From: Amoeboaphelidium protococcarum X5
Lineage: Eukaryota; Fungi; Aphelidiomycota
Direction: 5' to 3'
Length of the DNA stretch: 64,000 bases
Assembly (NCBI GenBank): GCA_023515725.1
Contig: JALDTO010000246.1
Location: 1 to 64,000, forward strand
The notes beneath the pieces are model-generated. The model was not told the origin of the DNA and did not search any database. It saw only the letters and a program-made list of their open reading frames with translations. Below are positions 14,331 to 28,154 of the stretch, in pieces (the stretch's first letter is position 1; the number at the start of each line of letters is the position of its first letter). The position numbers and the translations under genes are program-made.

Positions 14331-16748
14331 ATGACTGTACTACCTCAGATTGAGGCTATTCTGAATTAGGGGGATTTCAGCTTAAACAGAGAGAATATCA
14401 AAGAAGCGATAGAGGCATGTGATAATAGAATAGAAAAGCTTGCGCTGGACATTAATAAGAATTTTGAAGAGCTGTAAAATTTTTAAATGCCTGCAATGAA
14501 ATAGTAGTATCAAGCATCGTCCCATAAAGATCTGCCTTCATCTGCCATCATTATTCAACTGAAATAGCTATTGGACTAGTAAGTAAAGCTACAGTCTGAA
14601 ATAAAAAGAATTGAAAAATTTCGTACTTTGCAAGATTTAGAGTCTAAACTGGATTCAATGCTAGCTGACAAGTTGTAGTATAAAGCTGCTGCGTCCCTCA
14701 TCACAGAGTATGGTGATATGAAAGATTTAAAGCAATAGCGTTCATAGCTAATATAACTGTTATCTGCATAACTACAAGGTCAACTGAGTAATGGAGACGA
14801 TTAGTTGAAGATCTAAAGTACAGTCGAGACGTACCAGCTACTTCATAGTCAAGCTGAATTTGTGATGTCTTATTCCAAATGGTTCATTGATCAACAGAAA
14901 TAGTCCTTGATCGGCAGTGACTCTACAGATCACGCCCATGTCATGCAGGAATTGTATATATCCCTTGTACATGAATGGAATCGTATTTCTAGTCTTGACT
15001 ATTCCACTCCTGACTAAAAATTTGATGGTGACTAGTCTAATAACTTCTCTGCAGTCTTGGTATATCTGTCATTGGTGTAAAACACCCTCGTGGCTTATCT
15101 ATCAAAGTAGTCATAAGTGATGGATGTATCACTTTATGAGGAAGTGGTGTAACTACTGTTCCAAGTTGAAGAGCTTTGTGGGATTGAAGATGTAGGTCGA
15201 GCCATTACAACCTTTTACATTGATGGATCAAAGTCCCTGTGGTCAGAACCGTTGGCTAATCGTCTATTTTGTATTCATCTGGAGTTTGCAGAGTATTGTC
15301 AGCGTTAGGTTGTGGCTATATTTAGAGATGCTCGAATACGTTATAAGGCTGATGTACTGCGACTTTCCGAGTCTGTGAGCAAGTCTTTTCTAAGGTATTT
15401 GAATGATTTACCCGGAGTACATGGTCGCCTTTTCTATTAGTATGGATAGAGTTATCTTGCCAATGCTTTGAATTCATGTCTGACAAAGTTTATTAATGAG
15501 TTCAAAGAGAATGTCATGTTGAATCTTACTGAAGGTGGTAGTTCCCGCAAGTCTGCCGATGATTTGTAAGTCACTTCGGGTAATGCAGCGGATTATGGCT
15601 CTAGCTGGTAGAAATTGTCAATGATTTTGCAAGTTGAAAAGTAATTGTATAATGTGATTTCAGCCTTTGATAAATTATCATAGCTGAATGATGATATCGG
15701 TGGAGAGGATTAGATTCAGCCTCCCTTTGCTTTGAAGGTGTAGTTTGACAAGGTGTTTGACGAGAGTACCTCTTTATTAAAATTCCTACGTCTAAAGTAT
15801 TAAAATTCATCTCAAACGGTCCAATCTGCTTTATAGATGATAACTGAATCTTTTGTCGGTTCATTGAGTGAGTATCTGCTAAGTTAATCTCTGAGACGAT
15901 ACCATCAGATTGATTGGAATAGCGTTCACATCTAGTTTAGTGCGAACAAGACATAATTTAAAGACGTGTTAGAATTCAGTATTCCCGTATCCGAGTGTAT
16001 GACTGTATTTGGAGAGTTTATTTTGATGTTGCCAACTATGTTGGATGAACTGAAAATGTCTACAGGATCAAGTGATTACTAGACACTCTTTGTCGTTGAA
16101 GATATTTTGAAAGCTGCCATTTAGAAGAGATTTTAAACTCATGCTGATTAAGTTGGAGAAGATGTAACATTTAATAGTGATATTGCTTCACTGTCTTCTC
16201 AATTTAGTCCACTGAATATGGAAAAGTGTATTGAATTGTTGGTGAATGCAATGTGTCTGCTGTCTATTGAAGAGTTGCTGAGCAGCCTGCAATCAGTGTA
16301 GAAAGGTACTCTCACCTCATATTGCTGCAAGTAAGTTCTCGCTGATATCGCGTACTTTTAAAATACTATTGGCGTATTAGGCATACATACCGATGATTTG
16401 AGTTCTAACAATGGCGGCTTTCTCTTCTAGTTGTTCCAACTGCTATTCCAAAAATTGAAGATTGTCAAGCACATCCTCACTATTGTCGCCATAAATCATC
16501 AAGATTAAGCTCTAGCATCTAGTAGAATAAAGCTCATTTGGTAATATTCTGCATCGGGCCAAGATGTGTCATAGTCATCGCTTGTTGATGAGGACATTAG
16601 TGTTGTCGCAATGATCAGGGGAGACGATAGAATCAAAAAATGCTTTGTAACAACGGTTGGACTCTTGAAGATTATAAGATCTGCATCCACTAGCAAGTCA
16701 TAACAGTAATAACAAGAAGGATATCAGAAATCGTAATAAGCATCATGA
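14331..16748 (+). CDS. COG7: Conserved oligomeric Golgi complex subunit 7-like (805 aa)
   Basis: Helical protein. FSIPVSECMTVFGEFILMLPTML and KQVLADIAYFQNTIGVLGI resemble the COG7 C-terminal motifs. Confidence 0.7.
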
Positions 16749-16850
16749 TACCTCTATGTTAAATACGGATATTTTAATTGGATAACACGCTTGAAGAAAT
16801 CTATTAAAACTAGTTCGCTAATGTGTATAAAGATTAAGCATCTAGTGTAT

Positions 16851-18251
16851 TCACAATTGAATTCTATTGAGTTCTTGTTCAATATCATTAAGGTTTAGGG
16901 TCAGAGATTTCAAGTCTTCAAACTTTCTATCTTTGGTGGCCTGGTCAATCATTTTCAAGAGCTGAGCCTTCTACTCAAGCAACACACCTCGCATTTATTA
17001 CTGCCTCTGAATCTCATCTTGATCCTGCTAACTATTACCACCGATGCCTGGTAGAGATTTATCATCCCACCGACCTTTACCACTTTACTATGAATTCTTT
17101 GATGTTGGCCGAGAGTCGCTCAGCTCAGGTAGCAACTTTAGCGTGAACATATTATTCTGCAAGAATAGGAGTGACCTCTGATTAACATTGGACATCAGTT
17201 TATTTACTTGCGGAGTATGTGCACTTTAATGATACGGTTTAATGTCGCCACTTCCAGTATTACTATGATTAATTCGCAATTTAGCTAAATCTCTGAAAAA
17301 GCCTTCATACTAACCAAATTTATGCAACAATTAAGTCCTAATCTCTTTTGCCCGGATATACACCTGATAGAGTCGCTTCTCCCTCTTAATAGTCTCTGCA
17401 TCCATATGCTATAGCTTGCCCAGGTACTCATTGAACACTTGCAAATCTTTGAGAATATTCTACTCCAGTGCTTAAATCTAAGTGTACAATCCTTCCAACT
17501 CGCTCTAAATCTAAAGTCCGTGAAGATGATTCTACCTAATGAATACAAGGCTATTACACTCTTTGCACACTCGTATTGAGCCAACTTACTTATCTGAATA
17601 CACTGACAATGACCGGATCTGAGAACAAGCTGATCTACCGCATACAACTCTACCACACAATCTACAATGGTGTCTGAATGTATCGCCATTACCCGAAGAG
17701 CCAGACTATTAATCATTCGTAGTGCTAGAAGAGTCTATAAGCAGATCGCTGAAAGACTGTGCAAAACTATTCAAGTATCCAACCATAACATTTTATGGCA
17801 ACTTGTTCATACAAAATATACAATGCTGAATTGGTGTATCCTGTTCCCACACAACGATCTCCTATTCCAGCTATTTCAATGACTTCTTAGTAAGTTGGTC
17901 ATTATTTATTTAAAGGTCAGAGAGGAGAGATTAACTTCGCTATGTTCTTGTAAAAGTACCACCACCGCCACTAGTTACGACAGATCTTGAAGTGGACCCC
18001 CTACTCGAGCCAACAGATAGTTGAGAACTAGACTTATGAAGCTACTTGTCTCTCTACTATATGTAATTAGAGGCCAAATTTTAATCTTATGTACGGCGAT
18101 CGGAAGAATTTTATCGTAATTAATAATAGTTTTCATGAAGTAGCACCACCTTCTCCAACCTCTTTTCCAGCTTGGCAATCTCCAGCTAATTTTTCTCAAC
18201 CACCACTCTGCGCCTCTCCACATACGTACTCATCCAGTCCCTACTTGCCAT
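16851..18251 (-). CDS. PEP7: Pep7/Vac1/rabenosyn-5-like FYVE protein (start may lie further upstream)
   Basis: LEIAKLEKRLEK, EQEIVVWEQD, RHHCRLCGRVVCG, RVCKEC, C-terminal Rab-binding motif LLEQKAQLLKMIDQATKDRKFEDLKSL. Confidence 0.85.
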
Positions 18252-18631
18252 CTGTTCTGCCGCTATGACTTTGTCTTTACTACTACTATAGATGAAGAGT
18301 ATTCTTTAATCTCGTCAACTTCCTATTGTAGAACAGAGAAAGATTTCATGCGGCTCTTTTCCAAGTTTCCAAGACAAAGACAAAGATTTTCTCCAAAGTT
18401 GAATTAAACAGCCAATTGTGGCCGGAATGATGCTCTGAGACTGAATAACTAAATCTATTGTCATAGCTCTATCATTAATCAGTTTTCACGATATATTCAA
18501 ATTTCAAATCTGTCTATTAAGCACAAATACTTTTCACAGTATTATGAATTGTGACAAGTCGATCTTATTTCACTAGAGCGAGAGAAACTCCCTTCATAAT
18601 CTTTTTCCCATTTGTCAACATTAGAGAAACC

Positions 18632-19513
18632 ATGTTGCGACAAGCCTTGACGCGTCAAATTCAATGCAAGCCATTGATTAGTATTAGATAAGGCCCACTT
18701 AACTATAGCAGCTAGCAGAGAAAGGATAATGACGCGATTATGAAGCAGTTTTTTGAAATGCTTGAGAAGTCAAATGTTAACACGGCTGAAGAATAAAGCA
18801 TTAGTAATAATTAGTAGCCACAGAGAGAAGAGAAGTAAAATTCGTTGATTGATGAAATTCTAAATGTACAATAAGAGCATCAAGATGATAGCACTCAGTC
18901 GCGTAAATCCAATCGTGGCCCCTCTGTTGTCAATAAAAAGTATTAGCTCATAGATCAGATATAACGCTGTACGGATGCCACCGCTCTCCATCAGCTATTT
19001 CAATCTGGCGACAACAACCCGAGTGGACGCGATTAAGATGGTGGCGATCACAACAAGAATCTGATACTCAGTAATCCTCAAATAGCTTGGCTTTATGCGA
19101 GATAATGTAGATTGTGTAAATCGCCGTCCCTAGCTTACAATTTTATGAGCCAGCTGGATCCTGTCAATTTGACCACCAGCATAGTTCACGAGTTGCTTAT
19201 TATGGAAATGTAGAAGGCGATTCAACACGCCAAAACTCGCAGCGAGGTTGAACCACTGAATCCCCTTCGGAGTTCGCTGTTGAATGAACAAGTGCGTCGT
19301 ACCAGCCTATGGATTAATAGAATGGCAATGTATGGACTGAAGCCGTCTAGGAGCATGTACATTGACATGAAATCTTTCATGTAGACTGTGGTATCTCTGG
19401 CTGATGAGCGATCAAGATTGGCGTGGTCCTCTGCTGTCTCTGAGTTATAATTCGTTGATTCTGCTGCCTCCTAACTATCTCTAGAGCCTATCAAGCATGC
19501 AAACTCCTAGTGA
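18632..19513 (+). CDS. Probable mitochondrial protein (293 aa), weak Mtf2/PPR-like resemblance
   Basis: Presequence-like MLRQALTRQIQCKPLISIR; frame open to TGA 19511-19513; RMAMYGLKPS motif. Confidence 0.55.
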
Positions 19514-19600
19514 TACCGTATCGATCTATTATTAATCACTAGCTAAATGATTTCAGTATAATAGAGTTCGTATATCCTTACTGTAGTGTATTCATCATCA

Positions 19601-21283
19601 TCATCTGCTTGTATTAAATAGGTTCTTCAATGGAGACTCTGGCCTTGATGAGGAGGTGGAGGTTGACGATGCGGTCTTCATTTCTGTAATGAGACTCTCT
19701 ATAGTCTTGTTATTCTCCTTTATCTGTGTCTTTATATTACTCTTGCCCACTTAAAGATACCTTAACACGGTACTCGAGTCACCTAAGTACTGCAATAATT
19801 CATCCCTGAGATTGACGAGTTGATCATCCTCCATAGTGTCTAGTATATTCTCATTCAGCGCGGACAAGTACGTCAATCTCACCTAATCAATAATAGGCAA
19901 ATCTACGTCACCGAATGCCTCATCGCTATTCTTGACCTTCATTTTGAACGTGTCCTCAGCCAGTTGACTGTCTCCATACAGAAGGTCTGAGTCCTGTAAT
20001 ACGAGAGCGATATTTTATAAAGACTTGGATGATCCTCTTCGCAAATGTTATTACTACTATTATTGATAATTTAAGGAGAGCTACTAAGACAGCATTGTGG
20101 CATTGGGAGACGTATTCTGAGACACTGATCTCCTCCGTAAAGCTTATAATCGTTGGACAATCTCGGCTTCTTCTTCAATTTCTATGAGAGTAATCTACAT
20201 ACAAAATCAATGTATACTTGGTATCATATAAGTCTACTTTACTGTGAATGAGAGAGAGAGCACGCTGAACAATGATAGTAGATGAAACACATAAAGCATT
20301 AGATATAATAACTTCATTTACATCATAAACGTGATTAACAGCGTGCACTTCCCTCATCACAGATCAATAAATCTTACCTCGTCATCAATATTAGTTGGAA
20401 TATTAAGTGAGGCAAATGCGAGCTTTCTAATTGCAGAATCTTTCCATTTAAAAGGAGATATCAACGGTTTACCAGATTTAGAATTTGTATTATACTCCAA
20501 ATGTTATAATTACTGCTTGACATTTTATAGATCGATGTTGTGACTCTAAGCAATCTTTGACAGGTATTCACCGATGGATTATGGTTCCTACTCTTAAGTC
20601 TATTCCACCATTTAAACATCATTAATGTCACTATTTACAGTTATATCTTTCTACTACTCAATCGTCCTTTCGTTATCCACAACTGCAGAAGGAGCTTCAA
20701 ATGCTCTTTAATTAAATTAGTCAAAATTATCAATCACATCTGACTACTCAGCAGATTATGCCAATTTAGTTGGAGGTTCAATCTTGAAAGAATCAAATTA
20801 TTATTACTAATCAGAAAAATTCTAATCCTCAGACTATACATTGAAGCCAGAGTTACCAAACTAATTAGCATCTTGTTAAACATCGTCATCACCTTAAGTT
20901 GACCATGGAGAATCTAGAGTTGGTATAGCTGCAGGAGGCATGGCGAAAGCTTAGCTGGTAGCTGGAGGTGCAAAAGAGAATGAGAAGGTGCCCAAATCAT
21001 CATCCACTGCTTTCTCTTACGAATGAACCATTACAGCACTGAATCTCGGAGGCGTTGCTGGTCTACTTTCATTATCCGATCCTGCATCAGAATCTTGTTA
21101 GATTTAATTATCATCCTAATCATTGTCTTCAAATTCTTAATTACCAATATGTTATTCCTCTTACTGCAACTAAAGCTCCACGGACCTCGTCTAATCCACT
21201 TGTTCATCAGTTTCACCATTCATATCCTGCGGTGACTCTTAACTATCAGAAGGCAGACTAAAGAAATCTTCATTCTCAGACAT
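19601..21283 (-). CDS. Acidic, largely disordered protein with DUF5102-like C-terminus; intron 20195-20377
   Basis: ATG 21283; PFKWKDSAIRKLAFASLNIPTNIDDE. A GTAAG...ATGTAG intron removes an in-frame TGA. Confidence 0.65.
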
Positions 21284-21636
21284 TTCAATAATTAAACACA
21301 AAATTATCCCGACAACTACAGACTAAACTCAATACAAATAAAGAATAGATATGATTTTGATTCCTAAAGACGTCTTTCTCAGTTACAAAGAGTCAAAGAG
21401 AAAGAGGAACGAGGTGGGAAAGTGTTTTACACTTCAAACGCGAACTCTACTGCATTGTACCGTATGCATTGTCAATAATTGATTGATTACTCAAAGTAAA
21501 GTATCATTACTATCAAGACTTTATTTATTAAATTCATATAGATACTATCCCAAAGTTCTTTAACATGAACTTAATCAAGATCAATCATGCATTCTATCGC
21601 TTTTTTAGGTCATGACTTCTACTGCAATAACGAAAA

Positions 21637-22407
21637 ATGGCTCAAAGTACTGATAATATTGAGGACGAGTATGTGCTAAATGTCTATGAGTAAATAGCTC
21701 CACACTTTAGCAATACGCGATATAAAATGTGGCCCATTGTAAAATAGTATTTAGATTAGCTATCTGCTGATGTTGTGCCTTTTACAGGTGAATCTGAAGA
21801 CGTATCAGCGAATTAATATCTAACCACATAGCAGAAAAAGGGTGTAATAGTTGGAGATTTTGGATGCGGTAATGGAAAGAACATGCTGGGGGGATATAAA
21901 AATATTTTATTTATAGGAACTGATAATTCGCTGGAGCTGCTCAGTCTTGTTCCTAAATCATGTAGAGTTGATAGCGTCAGATCATCAGTGATGGATTGCG
22001 CGTTCCGGCCCAATGTTTTATCGCACGCCATCAGTATCGCCGTGCTTCACCATTTGACGAGTGAGTAGAGACGCGTTGAAGCGATCGTGGAAATGATCAG
22101 AGCCGTGTAGAGTGGCGGAACCATTCTGATATTCGTGTGGGCACAGGAGCAGAGTGAAACGAGCAAGATTAAGCACTTGCGGCCCGATGCGAATGGTGAT
22201 GTCTTTGTTCCATGGCGTATACCATCAAAGGAAGATCCTACAGTTACGGTTACTTATTAGCGATACTATCACTTGTTTAGAAAGGGTGAGATTGATGAAA
22301 TGGTGAGACGCGCTTGTACGCAGTTTGGTTGCAAGTAGCACGTACTTCGTTCCGGATATGATAGAGATAATTGGTATATATGCTTCCAAGTGATCAAACA
22401 CTAGTGA
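21637..22407 (+). CDS. TRM9: tRNA carboxymethyluridine methyltransferase (Trm9/ALKBH8-MT family, 256 aa)
   Basis: EDEYVLNVYEQIAPHFSNTRYKMWP, DFGCGNGK, SIAVLHHL, DVFVPW, RYYHLF, YDRDNW. Confidence 0.92.
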
Positions 22408-22842
22408 ATATTGCTTATAGATATATATAAAATTTGTACAACATATTTCAAGTTTTGCAATATTAGCTAACAGGTTGTCTTTATCTTACTTCCACCGCTT
22501 TCCCTGAACATCGATCATGCTTTTGACTAGATGAAGCATCTTAATTAATATATGTGTTACATTTAGTAGCTTAATCAATTCTTTTACAATACTCGAGCTC
22601 TTGAAATAGCGATATAAAGCAATCTAAAATGATTGTCAAACTAACAGTGTTTATAAAGTGTGGCTGACTGTTTGGGTATACATTCTGCGATGCGCTGACG
22701 TGTCATTGAAGCTTCTGAGCCGATGATCATGCTTCCGAAGCTGCATGTCTCTTTCCCCCCAAAAACTTTTGGCCTTGAGCTTTACCGCTGGCTTTGGTTG
22801 ATATATCTGAGTGATTAATTGAGTGAGTGACTTTCAGATTAA

Positions 22843-24615
22843 ATGCAAGAGAAGATCATCAAAAATTTTGATCAAGGGACAGACGCGACTGTTTCAGGTG
22901 ACGCCACAGGGCCTTTGTCGTGCCCAAGAACTGCTTAAAATCGCGCTAATAGTGCACTGTTATAAGTGCCTGAAGTACATCGCTCTGACTAGCAGCATGG
23001 AGCTAACTAGAAATGGCGCCCGCGGCTGTCAATTTAAATTCCATAATAACGCGTAGGTTCGTTTTAGCAACTGCAAAGATAGTAATTTTCTGCTGAATAG
23101 CACTCGTAGTCACTAACTGGTGATGCAATGGTTGAGCGATAGGATCTGATTACTGGAACGTAATTGCTGTCAATAAATCCTGCCAGCTAAATTGACTAGG
23201 AATGGTAACCATAAGCGTCCAAGTATCAAGCGTTGAAACCTTTGCATGGAGTTTGGGGTAGCAAGTAGTTGGCACAATCACCAATCGCTAGAAACATTAG
23301 TGGCGAGTCTCTGAACGCGTAGTCAGGACATTATATCATGGTGAAGACTCGCCATCAAATGAGTGTCATTGAACAGATACTGTCTGATAATGGTTGTAAC
23401 GCGGTAGTGAAGACTACGATTGGTATCAGTTATTCTGCTCAACGTTCTTATCAATCAGCCGCCTCTAACAACACCTTTATTTTTGGCTTTTTTGATTGCA
23501 GATAATCAGCGAAAGCCCGCTTTGCTCTTCAAAGTAAGAATATTGCATGTGAGTATATCAGACCTGCAGTCTATGGACTGAATGATGCGCTGTGCTCTAG
23601 GATGGTTTTGAGTAAGTTTGTGTGTAGAATGGAGGAGTAGACGTTGTAGCAGAACCTGTGTGGCTTTGGAGAGATTCAGTCCATTGAGCGGTTGAATCAG
23701 GAGCAGACGGCATTTCTTGTTCAGTACTTTGACAGTAGGGATTGCGCGTTTGCCATCTAGACGCTCAACGGTAAAGTATTTTATTAGTCAGAGATTGTAG
23801 CGTAGTTGTGGAGAGATGGTCAAGATTTGGCTTCTGTATTGTTTCATGCCCCTTAATAGTAAAAGTAGGACTTTTCTCAAGTGATTAAATCTGGTCCATC
23901 TGCGATTTAGCGTTAGGATACTCTGCCTCTTGAGTCGAATCCGCCTTTGAATGTTGTGAATTCCCAGTACATTGAAGATCGCGGACATTTCCCAAAGATT
24001 ACTGTTCCTTAGTAGCCCATACGTCAAGAATAGTAGTAGCAGTAGTAGTTGTAGCAGAATAGTAGATTGAGCAGTAAGCCACAGTCTGGCATATAATCTA
24101 GAGCTTCATCTGCTTTATCTGATGTCAGCGATAGTAACTAGATTAATCTGGTGAAAATTCTGAATGGCGAAGATTCACGCACCACGTTCATGATCAAGAA
24201 TATTCCCAACAAGTACACTCAAAGTATGCTGATTGACTTTTTGAATGAGAGTCTGCGTGGAAAGTTTGACTTTTTGTATCTCAGAATGGATTTCAAGAAT
24301 CAATGCAATGTGGGCTACTGCTTTATTAACTTTATCGATGCCAGAGATGTAGTCCAATTGGCTCTGCGTATCTGTGGTAAGAAGTGGCCGTGTTTTAATT
24401 CTGATAAGGTTGCCACTTTGACTTATGCCAACATCCAAGGCTAGGACGCGTTAATTTAAAAGTTCCGCAACAGCGCAGTGATGAATGAGAAGGAGAGTTT
24501 TCGTCCAAAGCTCTTCAAGAATGGCCAGGAGATTGACTTTCCACCTCCCAATAGTATGTCTTAAAGAATTAGATAAAGCAGTAGTGAGTCTTTCAAAAGC
24601 TTAAACAGTGAATGA
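22843..24615 (+). CDS. mei2: Mei2-like RRM protein (about 590 aa)
   Basis: RRM3 signature DSRTTFMIKNIPNKYTQ...DFLYLRMDFKNQCNVGYCFINF...YANIQG plus upstream degenerate RRMs; start codon inferred. Confidence 0.88.
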
Positions 24616-24774
24616 GAACTGAGATTGTTGGTTGTCTATGGTCTATAAAGAAGGTATAGTAGTATTTAATGTTAATTGCAGTTGCTTGAATGAAGTATAA
24701 TACAATAAAATTTGCATGTTATTTAATATCTGACTTTCTAGTCTACTTACTTCCATTTCCCAAGTTGAGTTATG

Positions 24775-25440
24775 TCAGTAGAGTATCTTGCGAAAGGTGA
24801 TATTGAGACGCGGGCCAACTAATTTAGCAGTTTTAGGAATAGAATGTTACCAGTGGTCCTAACACTAGCCTTCCATCACCAGCAGATCACCATGTCCGAG
24901 AACGTATTCGTATTTATAATCAGAAGTTACGTGAGATTTTGACTTTGGTTTAATTAAAAATCTACGCGCATCTCCAAACGATAAACTGGCAATGGTTGGA
25001 CTTGGACCGTGTCGCTTCTCATCATCTGCATGCCAACCCATTGAATCTTTACCATCACGATATAAATTACATAGTGCCACATTAAAATATCCAGCTGGTA
25101 ATTTAATATCGCGTTCGATTTAACGCGCAATCTCTTCCACCATGGGATACGAACTCCAAGATACAAATGGAAGAGATGAGTAATAGTCGCGTCCATTGCC
25201 ACTTTTTGGCGATTTGGACACTTCATCTGATGTTAATAGGCATATCAATCTTGGTTACTAATAAGTTTTACCAAATAGTGTAATATCTTGGGTGGTCCAC
25301 GGCAAATCCCTCTGAAAGTTCTCATACGATTATTTCGCTTTCTGCGTGCTAAAGTAGTTCTCTTTGTATCGCAAACACCCCGTGTCTTTAGGTAGGTTCA
25401 CCACAGCGAATTAAACTTATTATTCGACTTATTTATCCAT
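24775..25440 (-). CDS. AlkB-family 2OG-Fe(II) dioxygenase (ALKBH2/3-like, 221 aa)
   Basis: NLYRDGKDSMGWHADDE, IASLSFG, WQHSIPK, RLNITFR. Confidence 0.92.
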
Positions 25441-25808
25441 ATATGTGGCTATATAACACAAAACTGTATTTCACATTGCGGGTTTGTGCGAAAAAGGACA
25501 ATGACGTTTGAAAAAGCGCGACGAGGAGATCTTGAAACAGCGCTGGTACGCCTCTATCTGAAGTCTGAACTCGAATAAATCTAATTCAGTTGTTAGCGGG
25601 AGGTGCGACTGAGCCGTGTGAGGTGGTACTGTACGAGTGCAAGGTAGCCTTAGTTGTTGGATTCATCACATTGCACTTCCAAATGTCCGCAGAGTTGATT
25701 TGCAACGGCGATTCTATGATACGTGTTAAAGATTGCATGTTCAAGCATCGACAGTGTCGTAATAACACCAAGATGTAAAGTCTTATAAATCTAAAAATTG
25801 TTTTTAAA

Positions 25809-26315
25809 TCAATATTCTTCATCAGCGCCATAGCCGTTGCTACCATACTCGGAATCCATGTCTCCAGCTTCAGTCTAACCAAACTCCTGCTCATCATAGA
25901 GCCCAGCTCCCAAATCCTCCTCATCAGCTCCGTACTCTTAGGCACCGTACTCCTAAGCATCTTCTTCTTCGCCGCCATACTGCTCAGCATCCGCGTAATC
26001 TTCTTCGCCATCATCACCAAATAAGTTTCTTCCTTTAGCCTCATGACCGTACTCATTACTCATGTCAGCACCAGATTCCTCATAATCATCACCTTAATCC
26101 TGAATGTCATCCTCCTCCACAGCAGTATCCATGCCATAATCATCATCACCATCAAACTCTGGCAAAGAAGATTGCATACCATATTGAGAGACGCCATCAT
26201 ACTCAGACATCATACCAGACTGAGATTCACCACCGAAACCACCACGTTGAGGCAAAGCATTGATTGAAACAGCCAGTACGGACAACAGAGCAGCAATATA
26301 AAGAGAAGTCTTCAT
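25809..26315 (-). CDS. Secreted acidic Gly/Asp/Glu/Tyr-rich low-complexity protein (168 aa)
   Basis: Signal peptide MKTSLYIAALLSVLAVSINA; repeated EYG/DYG/QYG; TGA 25809-25811. Confidence 0.85.
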
Positions 26316-26739
26316 TTTATAGATATTGATTTCTAATTTATATTTATATTTATAAGCTTTATGAAATATTGATTATTAAACTTATTGGATAATAAAATAA
26401 GAAGCTGAACGCCCATCACAGATCCTGATCAGGCAGACATCACCTCATGGCCATCACCGTGGCAGTTGATGATTGGATGGGACGCGTTGCATGAGGTAAG
26501 AAATCATGTTGTGAAAGTCGACTGTTACCTTTGCACATATTTTCTCATATTAAAGCGTTCTACATTCTCGTCGAGTTTAGTCTTGAACAGGTTAGCTTTT
26601 TTATCACTTGCAGTACAGTATCAACAGTTCTCTACCTTCAAAGGCCTATTCCACGACCCGCCTTTATTCGAATCTCTTATTTCATGCAGCATCAAAGAGT
26701 CCTCGCTCTTAAATAAAATTCAAGATTTGTAAAATAGAT

Positions 26740-28035
26740 ATGGAAGAAGCGCTTGAAATCAACGAATAAAATGCTCTTTATACGCAGAGTAAAAAGACAA
26801 AGTACCTTATAGGATTAATCTTGTTACTCGCTGTCGTTGGACTATGGACTGGTGCCAACTATACTATGAAGTTTGTATTTGCTGACTCTGAATTCATGAA
26901 GCCTTTCATGCTCACCTATATTAACACGTCTTCTTTTACGCTGTATCTTCTTATCCGAGTTATTGAGTAATTAATTTAGAAAGTGCATAGACGGCTGTCT
27001 GATGATCAAGGTGCCAGGTATTAATAGATGATCGAATCGGCGGATTAATTTGGCTCTGACGATGATCTCTAGGTGACGCTTGGTGTTCGTGACACAATGA
27101 AACTATCACTGCAGTTTTGCATACTCTGGTTCTTGGCCAACTTTTGCAGTAATGCAGCTCTTATCTACACCAATGTTGCCAGCTCCACTATTATATCTTC
27201 CACCTCTTCCGTTTGGACACTAATTATAGGAAGTCTGGGGCGGACGGAGAAATTCACGTATGTCAACCTGTTGGGTGTATTGATTTGCTTTGCTGGCGTG
27301 TTATGCGTATCACTGAGCGATGCATCTGCACCTTCATCCGGTCACAATGATGGCGGGGATAATGTGTCTGCTGCTGCTCCTACTGTTGAGAGTGGACCCG
27401 TGTAAACAAACGATTGGCGGGGAAATATACTTGCTCTATTGGGTGCGATGTTTTATGGCTTATACATCACGTTGCTGAGATTAAAGATTAAAGATGACGT
27501 TAAGGTTGAGATGACTTTATTTTTTGGACTAGTCGGCTTGTTCAATATCATTTGTTTATGGCCTCTGTTCATTGTATTTCATTACTCTGGATTTGAATAG
27601 TTTTAGCTGCCGCCTTCGTCAATCATATGGCTTGCTCTTTGTCTAAACGCGTTACTTGGCACATGTCTGTCGGAGCTGCTCTGGCTCAAATCAATGCTCT
27701 ACACTTCTCCTCTCGTATCTACTCTTGGCTTATCACTGACCATACCTGTTGCGCTTCTGATTGACACCTTTCTCAAAGACATTACCTTGTCTGCGTTGTA
27801 CTTGGTCGGAGGACTTATGGTTGTCGGTGGCTTTGTTTTGGTAAACATTTTCAAGTTTAAGCCGTCATATGGTAGTTAAATTATATAATTCTTGAAAGAT
27901 TTAAATTTGCGAGCTTAAAAATCGTTGGTGTCCGGAAGGCTGGTAAATGGCGCCATCTCTAACGGTCAAGATGATGATCTGCATCAGTTGTCTCCTTAGT
28001 CATCTCAATAAAAAATCCCCAATGTTAAATACTGA
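26740..28035 (+). CDS. DMT/EamA transporter, SLC35F5/Thi74-like (431 aa)
   Basis: KPFMLTYINTSSFTLYL, FCILWFLANF, TNVASSTIISSTSS, TSPLVSTLGLSLTIP. Confidence 0.9.
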
Positions 28036-28154
28036 TCTTTATTATATACGCCCAATTATATTAAATCCCATTATCTATTCACATTTCTGAATGACGCGAG
28101 TATAAAGTGTATTGGCATTAGACGCCATGACGCAAAAGATGCTATAAGTCATAA

